Below are positions 39,005 through 49,037 of a DNA stretch of 64,000 nt, piece after piece (positions within the stretch are counted from its first letter, which is position 1; the number at the start of each line of letters is the position of its first letter). Origin of the DNA: Elusimicrobiota bacterium. Its GTDB lineage: Bacteria > Elusimicrobiota > Elusimicrobia > UBA1565 > UBA9628. A model generated the notes under the pieces. That model did not search any database, was not told where the DNA came from, and was given only the letters and a program-made list of their open reading frames with translations. Made by a program: the position numbers and the translations under genes. Where the stretch lies: contig JAGWUP010000009.1 of NCBI GenBank assembly GCA_028868375.1, positions 32,538-96,537 on the forward strand. Direction: 5' to 3'.

Positions 39005-40995
39005 AGCGGCCGGGCCGGCTCGACCTCGTAGAGCTTGCGTCCTCCGCCTTGGTCCAGCAGCCGCAAGGGCCAGCGAGAGACGACCCGCAGCAGCGCCGGC
39101 GGCTGCTTGGGATCGACGAGCACGTAGCGGACCCTCGACTGGCGCAGCCAGCGCGAGGCGCGCGCGTCGCTCAGCACCGCCGCGGGCGCGGCTCCAGCCT
39201 GCGCGGCGACCAGCGCGGTCAGGAATGGGTCGCCCCGCATGGCGTCGTAAGTCAGTCGCGAGACCCGCGTCAGATAGCCTCCGACGATCGGCTTCTCGTG
39301 GATCATCTGGTAGATGGGGTCGAAAGCCCGTCCCATCCCTCCCTCGGCGGAGAGTCCGTTGAAGATCGCCCCCGCCGGAATGCGCAGCAGCGCCCCATAG
39401 GGCCTTTGGCGCAGCCGCGCGTAGAGGGGCGGCACGCTCAAGCCGATCATGCTGACCCTCGCGGCGCTCTCGAAGGCCAGCAGGCCCAGCGTCACGGCCA
39501 GCAGCGCCGCGCGCTCGCGCGAGGGCAGGCGGCCGCGCAGGCGGTCGTAGGCCGCAGCGAAGATCAGGCAGAGAAACAACATGATGAAGACATGGAAGCG
39601 CATCCCCGTTTGCATGCCGTCGAAAAACGGCAGCAGATGGGCGAAATAAAACGGCATCGGCAGGTAGGTGTCGACGCCGAAGATTTTGATCCAGGGCCCC
39701 AGGGTCATCGCGAAACTGAAGGCCGCGGCCGCGTACCACAGCCGCACCTGCCGCCGCTCCGGCTTCTGGCGCCACAGCCACCAGGCCGCCAGCAGCGGCA
39801 AGAAGCCAAGAGAAGAGCCGCTGTAGGAGGCGCCGGCGGGCCCCCCCATGGGCACATAGCCCAGATGGAGCCAGGCGCCGAGGCGCCGGACCGCGCCGCC
39901 CCACAACGGATTGTAATAGCCGGGCAAGAACATCCAAGCGATCTCGGTGGCGTTTCCGCCGCCGCGCCAGGGGCTCAGCGGGGCGGCCAGATCGCCGTTG
40001 CGCCAAAAATGCAGCACGCAGACGATGAAGGGCAGGTTCATCGCCGCGTAGATCGAGATCAAGGCGACATACGGCGAGAGGCTAGGCCACGAGAAGGCGG
40101 CGCGCTTAAGACGCAAGCGCGGCTTGTAGCGGACGGCCAGAGCCGCCAGCGCGCAGCCCCAGAAGCCGGCGTAGGGAGCGACATAGCGCAGCAACTCCAG
40201 GGCGCCGCCGCGGCCATGAAACTGCCGCTGGCCGCTCCTCCAGGCCAGCCAGGCGCAGGCGGCCGCCGCCAGCGCCAGGACAGCCAGCGCCGCGCGCGCC
40301 GGCCCAGAGGACGCCCGTCGCTGCGCCGAAGCCGACAGCGGCCGCTCGTTCCAAAAGTAAAGGAAGGCGATGAGCAGCAGGCAGAACATGAAGTAGTAGT
40401 AGTTCGACAGCCAGACCCAGGTCAGGCACAGGGCCGCCAGCGCCGCGTCGCGCAAGGCGCGCGTGCGCAGGGCGCGCGTCAGGGTCCAGACGAAGAACGG
40501 CAGCACGTGCAGGCAGCTGTAGTCGAGGCAGGAGATCGCCTCCAGCACCCGGATGCTGCCCGGGCCGAAGGCGAAAAGCCCTCCCGCCAGCAGGCTCGCC
40601 GGCCAGCTTAAGCCATTGTCGCGGCAGAGCAACAGCGTCCCCCAGCCGGCCAGAACCAGCGAGAAGAGGCTGATCGCGTTATAGGTCGCGGTCATCCCCC
40701 AGCGCGGCAGCAAGAAGTAGCCGATGGCGTCGTAGAACAGTGTGTCGTGGTGCAGCAGGAGGTTGGCGCCGTAGGGCCAGTATTGATAGTCGGTCCAGAG
40801 CAGATTGCCGCCGAAGCGCAGGGCATGGCGGAAGTACCAGATGTTCCAGGCTCCGGTCGTTATGTCGCCGTTGCCCAGGTACATGCTGGAAAAATGCCGG
40901 GCCAAGGGCCACGTGAAGGCGACGGCCAGCAGCGCGTAGGCGGCCAGGGCGGCCAGGTGGCGCGACGACTCGGCGAGGGACGCTCGAAATCTCAC
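38995..40995 (-). CDS. Polytopic membrane protein, probable GT-C glycosyltransferase
   Basis: FTWPLA...GD...WNIW...WPYGANL, YQMIHEKPIVGGY; follows a GT2 gene. Confidence 0.65.
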   Translation of the reverse strand: MRFRASLAESSRHLAALAAYALLAVAFTWPLARHFSSMYLGNGDITTGAWNIWYFRHALRFGGNLLWTDYQYWPYGANLLLHHDTLFYDAIGYFLLPRWGMTATYNAISLFSLVLAGWGTLLLCRDNGLSWPASLLAGGLFAFGPGSIRVLEAISCLDYSCLHVLPFFVWTLTRALRTRALRDAALAALCLTWVWLSNYYYFMFCLLLIAFLYFWNERPLSASAQRRASSGPARAALAVLALAAAACAWLAWRSGQRQFHGRGGALELLRYVAPYAGFWGCALAALAVRYKPRLRLKRAAFSWPSLSPYVALISIYAAMNLPFIVCVLHFWRNGDLAAPLSPWRGGGNATEIAWMFLPGYYNPLWGGAVRRLGAWLHLGYVPMGGPAGASYSGSSLGFLPLLAAWWLWRQKPERRQVRLWYAAAAFSFAMTLGPWIKIFGVDTYLPMPFYFAHLLPFFDGMQTGMRFHVFIMLFLCLIFAAAYDRLRGRLPSRERAALLAVTLGLLAFESAARVSMIGLSVPPLYARLRQRPYGALLRIPAGAIFNGLSAEGGMGRAFDPIYQMIHEKPIVGGYLTRVSRLTYDAMRGDPFLTALVAAQAGAAPAAVLSDARASRWLRQSRVRYVLVDPKQPPALLRVVSRWPLRLLDQGGGRKLYEVEPARPLQR

Positions 40996-41711
40996 GCGGA
41001 GCGGAACAGGCGCCAGTATTCGGCCAGATTCGCGAGGACCTTCATGCTGCTGGCGCCGCGCTTGAGATCGTAGCGGTAGACCATGGGGACCTCGCCGCAG
41101 CGGACCGGTCCCGCGCGCTGGACCTTCAGCAGGATCTCGCAGTTGGCGCAAAAGCCCCGGCGCTCGATGAAGCGCGGCCCGCAGCGCGCCAGCGCGCGCT
41201 TCAAGACCTCCGCCCGATAGGCCCGACAGAAGAGGGTGTAGTCCTTGACCCCCGGAATCCCGATGATCCAGCGCGCGGCCAGGTTGGCGCCCAAGCTTAG
41301 AATCCGGCGCTTGAGGGGAAAGCCCACGTAGGCCCCGCCGCGGGCGTAGCGGGAGGCGCAGACGACGTCGCAGCCTTGGCGGAGGCGCTCGATCATGCTC
41401 GGGACGCAGGCGGGATCGTTGGTCATGTCCCCCTCGAGGGTGACCACGATGTCGTCGTCCGAGGCTTCGGCGCAGGCCCGGCGCAGGCCGGTGTCGAAGG
41501 CCCGGCCGACGCCCTGGTTGACCGGATGGCCGAGCAGGGTCACCGGCAGAGACCGGGCGGCCTGCCGCGCCGCCGCGGCGGTGCCGTCGCGCGAGCCGTC
41601 ATCGACCACGAGAAATCGGTGGGGCTCTCCCGCCAAGCGCTCCTCAAGCGCCCGCAGCAAGCCGGGCAGGGCCGCCTCCTCGTTGTAAGCCAGGATGACG
41701 GCGAAGATCAT
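40992..41711 (-). CDS. GT2 polyprenol-phosphate glycosyltransferase
   Basis: AYNEE, VVDDGSRDGT, ASRY. Confidence 0.88.
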   Translation of the reverse strand: MIFAVILAYNEEAALPGLLRALEERLAGEPHRFLVVDDGSRDGTAAAARQAARSLPVTLLGHPVNQGVGRAFDTGLRRACAEASDDDIVVTLEGDMTNDPACVPSMIERLRQGCDVVCASRYARGGAYVGFPLKRRILSLGANLAARWIIGIPGVKDYTLFCRAYRAEVLKRALARCGPRFIERRGFCANCEILLKVQRAGPVRCGEVPMVYRYDLKRGASSMKVLANLAEYWRLFRSA

Positions 41712-42745
41712 CGCCGCGAAGCGGCGACGCGCGGGGCAAGCCAGCGCCACAGCCGCTCCAACCCGCGCTCAAGCCCGATCTCGGGGCGCCAGCCCAGGAG
41801 CCTCGCGGCCTTGGAGACGTCGGAGACGTAGACCTTCTGATCCCCCGGCCGCCACTCGCGAAAGCTCAGGGGCGGCTTGACGCCGTGGCGCAGCCGCATC
41901 CAGTCCAGCAGCTCCAGCAGAGAAAGGGTGCGCCCCGGCCCGCCGCCGGCGTTGAAGACCTGGCCGGAGCAGGCGGCGGAGCGCTGCCAGGCGCGGTCGT
42001 AGAGCGCAAGCAGGTCGTCGACATCGAGCGCGTCGCGGACCTGCTTGCCGTCGCCGTAGACGACGATGGGGAGCCCGCCCTGCGCGGCGATCATGAACCA
42101 CGCCACCCAGCCCTGGTCCGTCTCGCCGTACTGCCAGGGCCCGTAGATGCAGGACTGGCGAAAGACCACCGTCGAGAGGCCGTAGACGCGGGCGTAGTCG
42201 CGCACGTACTGGTCGGCCGCTCCCTTCGAGCAGCCGTAGGGGGAATGGAAATCGAGCGGGGCGCTCTCGTCGATGCCGCCGCGCGGCCGCCGCAGGGCGT
42301 AGCGGGTACGGCCCTCGACGAGGGCGGTTTTTAGCCCGCCCAGCTCTCCGTAGACCTTGTTGGTCGAGGCGAAGATCACGAAGGCCTTCGGGCTTAGGCG
42401 GCGGACGGCCTCCAGCAAGTTCAGGGTCCCGCGGGCGTTGATATCGAAGTCGGGCTCCGGATCGGCGACGGAGGCGGTGACGGCGACCTGGGCCGCGAGA
42501 TGGACGACCAGATCGAAGGGGCCGTGCCGGTTAAAGAGGGCGCGCAGGGCCGCCGCGTCCCGGATGTCTCCGCGCACCAGGCGGGTCCGGGGAGGCGGGG
42601 AGCGCCGGAACTCGGCCAAGTTGCGGCGCGCCGTGCCGCGGGAGACGTCGTCGAAGAGGATCACCGAGCGGCCGCGGCGGGAGTGGCGCAAGGCCGCGTT
42701 GTAGCCCACGAAGCCCAATCCCCCGGTAATCAGGCACTTTTTCAT
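41708..42745 (-). CDS. NAD-dependent sugar epimerase (CDP-paratose/tyvelose epimerase-like)
   Basis: TGGLGFVG, HLAAQVAVT, STNKVYG, YGCSK, DQGWVAWF. Confidence 0.85.
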   Translation of the reverse strand: MKKCLITGGLGFVGYNAALRHSRRGRSVILFDDVSRGTARRNLAEFRRSPPPRTRLVRGDIRDAAALRALFNRHGPFDLVVHLAAQVAVTASVADPEPDFDINARGTLNLLEAVRRLSPKAFVIFASTNKVYGELGGLKTALVEGRTRYALRRPRGGIDESAPLDFHSPYGCSKGAADQYVRDYARVYGLSTVVFRQSCIYGPWQYGETDQGWVAWFMIAAQGGLPIVVYGDGKQVRDALDVDDLLALYDRAWQRSAACSGQVFNAGGGPGRTLSLLELLDWMRLRHGVKPPLSFREWRPGDQKVYVSDVSKAARLLGWRPEIGLERGLERLWRWLAPRVAASRR

Positions 42746-42782
42746 GGACGCCCAATGTAACAAATTTAGCTAGAATCCGCCC

Positions 42783-44042
42783 ATGAAGTCACTCCTGCTC
42801 GCCGCGTCCTTGGCGGCCGGCGCGCTGGCCTCGCCGATCGCGCGTCACTTCAAGAGCGGCTGGACCAAGATCGAAGCCGGCGCGCTGCCCCCGGCGCCGA
42901 CGGTCCACGGCCTCAGGACAGACCTGGGTCAACCGGCGAGAGCAGCCTACAACGTCGTCACGCATATCTATTTGACCCGCCAGGCCTACCGCCTCTACGC
43001 CAGCCGCTACGACTGCGGAGAGCTGGCCCGCTACATCGGCGGCATCCAAGCCAATCGCCCCTCCACGGACGAGCCGACCAACGTGATCGCCGGCTCCTAC
43101 GATGAGGACATCCCCTTTGAAAACCCTTGGAGCCAGCTAGTCCCGGAATTGCGGCACTTCTGGGACTACCGCAAGGGGCGCACGGAAGGCTTCGCCGGCT
43201 ACGACAGCTCGGTCGACAGGGCCTACAAGTATTTCACCGGCGGCTTCGGCTACAACGGCAGGTACGATGACGGCTGGTCGCACGGCGGGCAAAGGGGCGC
43301 GGGCGCCGTCGCCCTCTATAAGAGCGGGAACAAGGCCCTGGCCTTCTGGTATCTCGGCCATGCGAGCCACCTGCTCGAGGACCTGAGCGTGCCCGCGCAC
43401 GCGCTGCTCTGGCCGCACCCCGTTCGCGGGGTGGACGCCTACGAGACCTTCATCGGCAAGCGCGTCTCCGGCTGGCCGGCGCTGGACGGGGAGCCGGTCG
43501 AGCGCTTCAACACCCTCTACGACCTCTTCCTGCGCACCGGTCAAGTCTCGGCCGGATTCGACGCCGGCTACGGGCCGGGGCCGATGGAAGGCGTCGACGG
43601 CACCAGGGACCGCGGCCGGCGGCGCGCGGAGGGCTTCCCGCGGCCGGCCCTCCTCCAGGAGGAGTCCGTCCTCATCCCCCTGGCCATCCGCAGGATCGCC
43701 GCCCTCTTCCGGCTTTTCTACGCCCAAGTCGATCATGCTCCGCCGACGGTCTCCCTGCGGGTGCTGCGCCGAGGCCGCCGCGCGCGGCTGACCGCCCTGG
43801 CGCGCGATGCGCAAAGCGGGGTCGATCGCCGCGGCTTCCGCTTTCAATACCGACTGCTCGGGACAAGACCTTGGCGGGAAGCCTCCGCGGGGCCCACGGG
43901 GCCGGTCAGGTATTTGCCGTTGCGGCCGCAAGCCGCCTACGCCTTCCGCGTCCGGGCCGTCGACTCCGTCGGCAACGCCGCCTACTCGCCGATCGTCGTT
44001 TCCTTGCCCCGAACGAGGCCCGCGCTGCTGGCCGTACGCTGA
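42783..44042 (+). CDS. Secreted Zn-dependent phospholipase C/P1-like protein with C-terminal FN3-like domain
   Basis: Signal peptide, RHFWD, YLGHASHLLEDLSVPAH, YAFRVRAVDSVGN. Confidence 0.6.
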   Translation: MKSLLLAASLAAGALASPIARHFKSGWTKIEAGALPPAPTVHGLRTDLGQPARAAYNVVTHIYLTRQAYRLYASRYDCGELARYIGGIQANRPSTDEPTNVIAGSYDEDIPFENPWSQLVPELRHFWDYRKGRTEGFAGYDSSVDRAYKYFTGGFGYNGRYDDGWSHGGQRGAGAVALYKSGNKALAFWYLGHASHLLEDLSVPAHALLWPHPVRGVDAYETFIGKRVSGWPALDGEPVERFNTLYDLFLRTGQVSAGFDAGYGPGPMEGVDGTRDRGRRRAEGFPRPALLQEESVLIPLAIRRIAALFRLFYAQVDHAPPTVSLRVLRRGRRARLTALARDAQSGVDRRGFRFQYRLLGTRPWREASAGPTGPVRYLPLRPQAAYAFRVRAVDSVGNAAYSPIVVSLPRTRPALLAVR

Positions 44043-44046
44043 CGAG

Positions 44047-45192
44047 CTACTCCGAGCGGGGCAGGCTGACGACGAACTCGCCGCCGCGCCCGGGCCTGGA
44101 GCGGGCGGCGATGGAACCGCCCATCAGCTCCAGGGCTTGCCGGCAGAAAGCCAATCCCAGGCTGGCGCCGCAGCGAGTCTCCCCAAGCTGCGCCTCAGCC
44201 CCGCGATAACGCTCGAAGAGACTAGGCAGATCCTCCTTGGGAACGCCGCGACCTGAATCCCGGAAGGACAGGGAGACGGCGGCCCCGGAAGCGGCGGCCT
44301 CGATTCGCGCGCTCCCCGAGACGGGCGAGAACTTGATGGCGTTGTTGAGAAGGTTCTCGACGACTCGCCGCAGCAGCGCCGCGTCGGCCCTGGCGCTCAA
44401 ACCGGAGGGCACGGCGAGGCTGACGGAAATCTTGCGCGAGGAGGCCAGCGGGGCCTGGGCCTCGGCCACGGAGCGCACCAGGGGCTCCAGCTCGACGTCC
44501 TCGACGGACACCGCCACCTCCTTGGCGTCCAGGCGCGAGACCTCCAGATAGAGGTCTAAAAGCTCCATCATCCTCCGGCAACTCGACAAGCCGGCCGCAA
44601 TGATTTTGCGCTCGTCCGAGGAGCCCGTGGCGCGCTCCTCTTGCAGCAGCAGCAAACTGGAGTATACGCTGCTCAACGGCGCGCGCAAGTCATGGGCGAC
44701 CATCCCGCGCCAGCCCGCGCGGCGGCGCTCCAGCTCCAGCGCCGAGGCCGCGTCCTCGATGAAAACCAGATGGACCTCCTCGAGGCCGCCCCGCTTCCCA
44801 GGCAAGCCGGCGCGCAGGCAGCGCACGCGCAGGTCGCGCCAACGCTGCGCGCGCTCGACGTGGTCGTCGCGCCAGTTGAACTCAGAGCGGGGACCATGGC
44901 GCCCGGAAAAGGTGACGGCTCTCTCTTGACGCTCGGCGGCCGCTCGGCGCAGCGGGCAGTCACGGATGGGGATGGAAAGGCCGTTCTCCCCCTCCAGCCT
45001 GCCGCAAAGCGTCTCGCAGATATTGGCCAGTCCTCGCGCGGAGGTGTCCGCCAACAATCGGACGGCCGCCCTATTCGCGTAGATGACCTTGCCGGAGGCG
45101 TCCGCCACGCAGACTCCATCCTCGACCTGTTCGAAGAGGGCGAACAGGCCGCCCCATTGCTGCCAGCCCGTCTCGGTCCCGGCATTCTCCAT
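44047..45192 (-). CDS. Cytoplasmic PAS histidine kinase
   Basis: PAS (YANRAA) with Cys residues, AHDLRAPL, NAIKFS, DSGRG. Confidence 0.8.
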   Translation of the reverse strand: MENAGTETGWQQWGGLFALFEQVEDGVCVADASGKVIYANRAAVRLLADTSARGLANICETLCGRLEGENGLSIPIRDCPLRRAAAERQERAVTFSGRHGPRSEFNWRDDHVERAQRWRDLRVRCLRAGLPGKRGGLEEVHLVFIEDAASALELERRRAGWRGMVAHDLRAPLSSVYSSLLLLQEERATGSSDERKIIAAGLSSCRRMMELLDLYLEVSRLDAKEVAVSVEDVELEPLVRSVAEAQAPLASSRKISVSLAVPSGLSARADAALLRRVVENLLNNAIKFSPVSGSARIEAAASGAAVSLSFRDSGRGVPKEDLPSLFERYRGAEAQLGETRCGASLGLAFCRQALELMGGSIAARSRPGRGGEFVVSLPRSE

Positions 45193-45209
45193 GCGGACGT
45201 CTTTAGGCC

Positions 45210-45225
45210 CGCAACGCAAAGACCA
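45210..45225 (-). promoter_or_regulatory. Sigma54-type element, TGGTCTTTGCGTTGCG, upstream of the PAS kinase
   Basis: GG-N10-GC in a short intergenic gap. Confidence 0.6.
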
Positions 45226-45250
45226 GCGCTCCGGCCGCAAGCCGGAGCGC
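45226..45250. terminator. GC-rich hairpin downstream of the porin gene
   Basis: GCGCTCCGGC-cgcaa-GCCGGAGCGC; no clear U-tract. Confidence 0.4.
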
Positions 45251-45286
45251 CGACGCTGGCTGACGCCCAAGCCGGCTGGCGCCGGC

Positions 45287-46675
45287 TTAGAACATGAACT
45301 GGAACAGCATCCGAGCCTCCACCACCGTTCGCCGGGCCGTTCCGTTGCCTTTGGTGGCCAGCACCGAATTCTGCGTCGTGGCGGTCGGATCGGGGAAGGC
45401 GTAGGCGCCCAGGGGGGTCGGGGCCGCCTCGGTGCCCTTGCCGATGTTGTCGTACCAGATGGGGCAGTTCAGCGTCACCGGGAGGTCGGCGACGATCTTC
45501 ATGTGATTGCCCCGGAAATGCCAGCTTAGGGACGGCGTGATCTCGTGGATCGCCGTGCCGAGATCATTGTTGACCACCGGTCCCAGGATCTGCGGAGGGC
45601 CGGCCTTGGCCGTGCTCAGGAACCCAGACTTGGTGTCCATGGACAGGACCGCGTAGCGCAGCCCCACCGCGAAGCGGCCGACTCTATAGTCGCCCTGGAC
45701 CCTGGCGTTCGCCAGATGGATGACGCCGTAGCGGTTCTGATAGCCGCCCCAGTTGGCCTCGATCTCCCCCTCCAGGGCCGAGCCGACGCCCAGGGGGTGG
45801 CGCAGGACGGCATCCCCGCCCAGCCAGTAGAGGTTGCCGCGCTGCATGTTCGCCGTGTTAGCCGCCGTGTCTCCGGGGCCCGCGCCGATGTAGGGGTTGA
45901 AGCCGGAATCGACCAGCAGGTTCTTGTCGATGGTCCGGACCTGGAGGGCCGAGGAATGGCCGATCAAGGTGTCCTGCATGTAGATGGCGTCGAAGTAAGC
46001 CGCCTTGGTCGTGCGCGTCAGATGGTCGTCGGTGCCGACGACGTGGTAGATGTCCTCGTCGACGCCGTCGTTGTAGCCGAAGCGCGCGGCCAAGTACGGC
46101 ACGCCCAGACGCTCCGGCAGGAAGCGCTGCGGCACGTCCCGCCCGCCGGAGGAAAACGTGCCGAGCGTCCCGGTCCACTTGCCGCTGGCGGCCAGCAAAG
46201 CCAAGCCGTAGTCCCGGCTCTGGTAGGAGCCGAGGTTGGCGATCGAGCGGGAGGTGAAGAGGGCGTAGCCCTGATCGGTCAAGCCCTCGCGGCTGTAGGG
46301 AACCCGAAACTGGCCGATCTTCAGGATCGTGCCCTTCGGGCCGAAGTCCAAGGGGACGTCGGCCACGAAATCCAGCAGCGAGAGGTCGGTGTTGCTGCCG
46401 TTGGCGTCCTCGCCGCCGAAGGCGAACTGCGCGTCGTAGCGGAAGGCGTCCTCGTAATGCCCCTTGAAGCCGATGCGGGCCTGCTTCTGGAACAGATAGA
46501 GCCGGTTATGGTCTCGGTAGGGGTCGGGAACGTTCTCGAGCACGCCCAACATCTGCTCGCGCCCGTAGACGTCGAGGCCGAAGGCGTCATTGTTTACGAT
46601 CTCGACCGCCTGGGCCGGCAGGATCAAGGCGAGAAGCGCGGCCAGCGCCAGCCACGGCCATTTTTTTGTGATCAT
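45287..46675 (-). CDS. Outer membrane porin (OprO/OprP-like)
   Basis: Signal peptide, ARIGFKG, GQFRVPYSRE, C-terminal FQFMF. Confidence 0.75.
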   Translation of the reverse strand: MITKKWPWLALAALLALILPAQAVEIVNNDAFGLDVYGREQMLGVLENVPDPYRDHNRLYLFQKQARIGFKGHYEDAFRYDAQFAFGGEDANGSNTDLSLLDFVADVPLDFGPKGTILKIGQFRVPYSREGLTDQGYALFTSRSIANLGSYQSRDYGLALLAASGKWTGTLGTFSSGGRDVPQRFLPERLGVPYLAARFGYNDGVDEDIYHVVGTDDHLTRTTKAAYFDAIYMQDTLIGHSSALQVRTIDKNLLVDSGFNPYIGAGPGDTAANTANMQRGNLYWLGGDAVLRHPLGVGSALEGEIEANWGGYQNRYGVIHLANARVQGDYRVGRFAVGLRYAVLSMDTKSGFLSTAKAGPPQILGPVVNNDLGTAIHEITPSLSWHFRGNHMKIVADLPVTLNCPIWYDNIGKGTEAAPTPLGAYAFPDPTATTQNSVLATKGNGTARRTVVEARMLFQFMF

Positions 46676-47301
46676 GATTTTTTCTCCTTGTCGGAATGCG
46701 CCTTCTCCAGAACCAGATGAAACCGGATGACGACCCGGTCCGCTGTCTTGATCGCGCCGAAGGCCAAGCGCGGCGGCCGCACGCCGAAATCGGTCATGAG
46801 CAGAGGCTGTTGACCGTCGATGATGATGCGACCCTCTTTAAAGGAAAGCGCGGCCTCGATTCGCTCCGGCCGCGTCCGGCCCGCCACGGACAGCTCGCCG
46901 TAGGCCGTTACCGTCGCCGCACCGCTCTCAAGCCGCCCGGCGACGCTGTAGCGATCCATCGCGAACACGATCTCCGGAAAGCGCTCAGCCTTGAGCGCCC
47001 GGGCCATGTTTTTATCGAGCAAGCGATGCGGCGAGCGCAGGGCGGCGACCGGGATGCTCAGCGTCAGGCGCGCGGGAAGCTCGGAGACGACGGCAGAGGA
47101 CAACGATTCCAGGGAAGAAGCGCTCGAAAAGACCAGCTCTAAATCGCTGAAGGTCGCCTGGCTCTCGTAGGCGTGCAGGGTGGACTCCCCCTCCAGCCAA
47201 ATCTTGCTGCCCTCCGCCAGCCCGGCTTGAAAGGCGGCCTGAGCCGCCGGAACCAGGATGATGGCCAAAGAAACGATAACGAATTGGATTATCTTTTTCA
47301 T
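46672..47301 (-). CDS. YceI-like protein
   Basis: GESTLH, LDKNMARALKAERFPEI, MTDFGVRPP. Confidence 0.8.
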   Translation of the reverse strand: MKKIIQFVIVSLAIILVPAAQAAFQAGLAEGSKIWLEGESTLHAYESQATFSDLELVFSSASSLESLSSAVVSELPARLTLSIPVAALRSPHRLLDKNMARALKAERFPEIVFAMDRYSVAGRLESGAATVTAYGELSVAGRTRPERIEAALSFKEGRIIIDGQQPLLMTDFGVRPPRLAFGAIKTADRVVIRFHLVLEKAHSDKEKKS

Positions 47302-47329
47302 CTTATTTTAATCTGGCTAATTTGATTAA

Positions 47330-47345
47330 TGCAACAAAATAGCCA
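47330..47345 (-). promoter_or_regulatory. Sigma54-type element, TGGCTATTTTGTTGCA, upstream of yceI-porin
   Basis: GG-N10-GC in an AT-rich intergenic region. Confidence 0.8.
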
Positions 47346-47380
47346 AAACAATAAGACGACTTACTTTCGCTAGCCTTGAA

Positions 47381-48337
47381 TCAGCGCCCGAGGCTGGAGA
47401 GGTAGCGGGCCAGGTCCTCGATCTGCAGATCGGTCAACTGGCCGCGGAAGGCAGGCATGCCGGACTTGGGATTGGTCTTGGCGGGATCTTCGATGTAGCG
47501 GACGATGAAGGACTTGTCTCGCGCCGAGCCGATCGTGGAGAGATCGGGACCGACCTCCCCTCCCTGGCCGCGGATCTTATGGCAGACGGCGCAGTTCTCG
47601 GCGAAAAGCTTCGGCGCCTCCTGGGTGAAGGGCTCGTTGGCGATCGACTTAAGGTAGGCCGTCAGGGCCTTGATCTCGTCGTCCAGCAGGCCCAGGCGCG
47701 GCATCGCGGAATGGGGCGTGACGGCGCTGGGATCGCGGAAATGCCGCTCCAGCCACTCGGGCGACTCGGCGCCGACGACCCGGTCGAGCTGGGGCCCGAC
47801 GACGCCGCCCTTGCCGCGAATCTTGTGGCAGTAGGCGCAGTTAAGCTGCCGGTAGAGGCGCGCGCCCTCCACGACCTCGGGGTTTTTCTCGACGACCGGG
47901 TTGACCAAGGGGCTGCGGTAGCCCTCCACCGTCAGGGCCGTGACGCCGGCGATCGCCAAGACCCCCAAGCCGGTCAAAAACGGGCGATCCAGGGGATGGC
48001 GCTTGTGGCCTCGGTCGAACAAGGGCAGGAAAAACAAGGCCGCGAAGACGGCTCCCGGCAGCACCACGGCGGCCACCGACTCCAAGCTGCCGGGGAAGGC
48101 CTTCAAAGCCTGGAACAGAAAGAGGAAATACCATTCCGGCCTCGGGTTGTAGGAGGTGTCGGTGGGGTCGGCCAAGCTCTCCAGATGGGCCCCCAACTTC
48201 CAGGCCAGGAAGGCCAGCAGCCCGAAGAGGAGGAAGGCCACGAGGCAATCCTTGAAGACCGCGTACGGAAAGAAGGACTTGCCCTTCTGCTTGAGCTCCT
48301 TATAGCGGCGCTCGTAGTCCTGATGCCAATCAGCCAA
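47381..48337 (-). CDS. Rieske/cytochrome b complex subunit IV fused to a diheme cytochrome c
   Basis: PRPEWYFL (PEWY), 3 TM, CAYCH and CAVCH. Confidence 0.9.
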   Translation of the reverse strand: MADWHQDYERRYKELKQKGKSFFPYAVFKDCLVAFLLFGLLAFLAWKLGAHLESLADPTDTSYNPRPEWYFLFLFQALKAFPGSLESVAAVVLPGAVFAALFFLPLFDRGHKRHPLDRPFLTGLGVLAIAGVTALTVEGYRSPLVNPVVEKNPEVVEGARLYRQLNCAYCHKIRGKGGVVGPQLDRVVGAESPEWLERHFRDPSAVTPHSAMPRLGLLDDEIKALTAYLKSIANEPFTQEAPKLFAENCAVCHKIRGQGGEVGPDLSTIGSARDKSFIVRYIEDPAKTNPKSGMPAFRGQLTDLQIEDLARYLSSLGR

Positions 48338-49037
48338 GAGGGTTTCCCTCCCCGCGCCGCCGGGCGCGCTCCGGAGGCTCGGAGATGCCGTGCCAGACCA
48401 CCAGGAAGAGGTGGATGCCGATGAGGAGGAGGACGACGGCCGGCAGCACCAGCACGTGCAGGGCGTAGAAACGGGTCAAAGTCGAGGCCCCCATCTCGCC
48501 GCCGCCCTTGAGGATCTTGGAGACGAGGGGACCCACAAAAGGAGTCTGCCCGGCGATGTTGGTGCCCACCATCGTGGCCCAATACGCCTTCTGGTCCCAC
48601 GGCAAGAGGTAGCCGGTGAAGCCGAAGCCGATGACGACGAGCAGCAGGACGACGCCGACCATCCAGGTGCCCTCGCGCGGGTATTTGTAGGCGCCCATGA
48701 AGTAGACGCGCAGCATGTGCAGCACGACCAGCACGACCATGAAGCTGGCGCCGAAATGATGGAGGCCGTGGATGAAGGAGCCGCAGAGGACCTTCTCGTT
48801 GATGAAGCGCACGGAATCGTAGGCGTGGTCCGGCGAGGGCACGTAGTTCATCGCCAGCAGCGCCCCGGTGACGGCCTGGACCACGAAGATGAAGAGTGTG
48901 GCGCTGCCCAAAGTGTAGAGCCAGGCCGTCGGTCCCTCGGCCTCCGGGATGTGGCGGGCGAAGAGGGTCTCCCAGACCCGGTCGCAGCCCGTGCGCCGGC
49001 GCAGCCACTCCCCGACGGCGCGGCAGCGGCGCTTCAC
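48330..49037 (-). CDS. Cytochrome b6-like (split cytochrome b, N-terminal part)
   Basis: HHFGAS...LHMLRV, GFTGYLLPWDQKAYWA, RFYALH...HL. Confidence 0.92.
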   Translation of the reverse strand: MKRRCRAVGEWLRRRTGCDRVWETLFARHIPEAEGPTAWLYTLGSATLFIFVVQAVTGALLAMNYVPSPDHAYDSVRFINEKVLCGSFIHGLHHFGASFMVVLVVLHMLRVYFMGAYKYPREGTWMVGVVLLLVVIGFGFTGYLLPWDQKAYWATMVGTNIAGQTPFVGPLVSKILKGGGEMGASTLTRFYALHVLVLPAVVLLLIGIHLFLVVWHGISEPPERARRRGEGNPLG

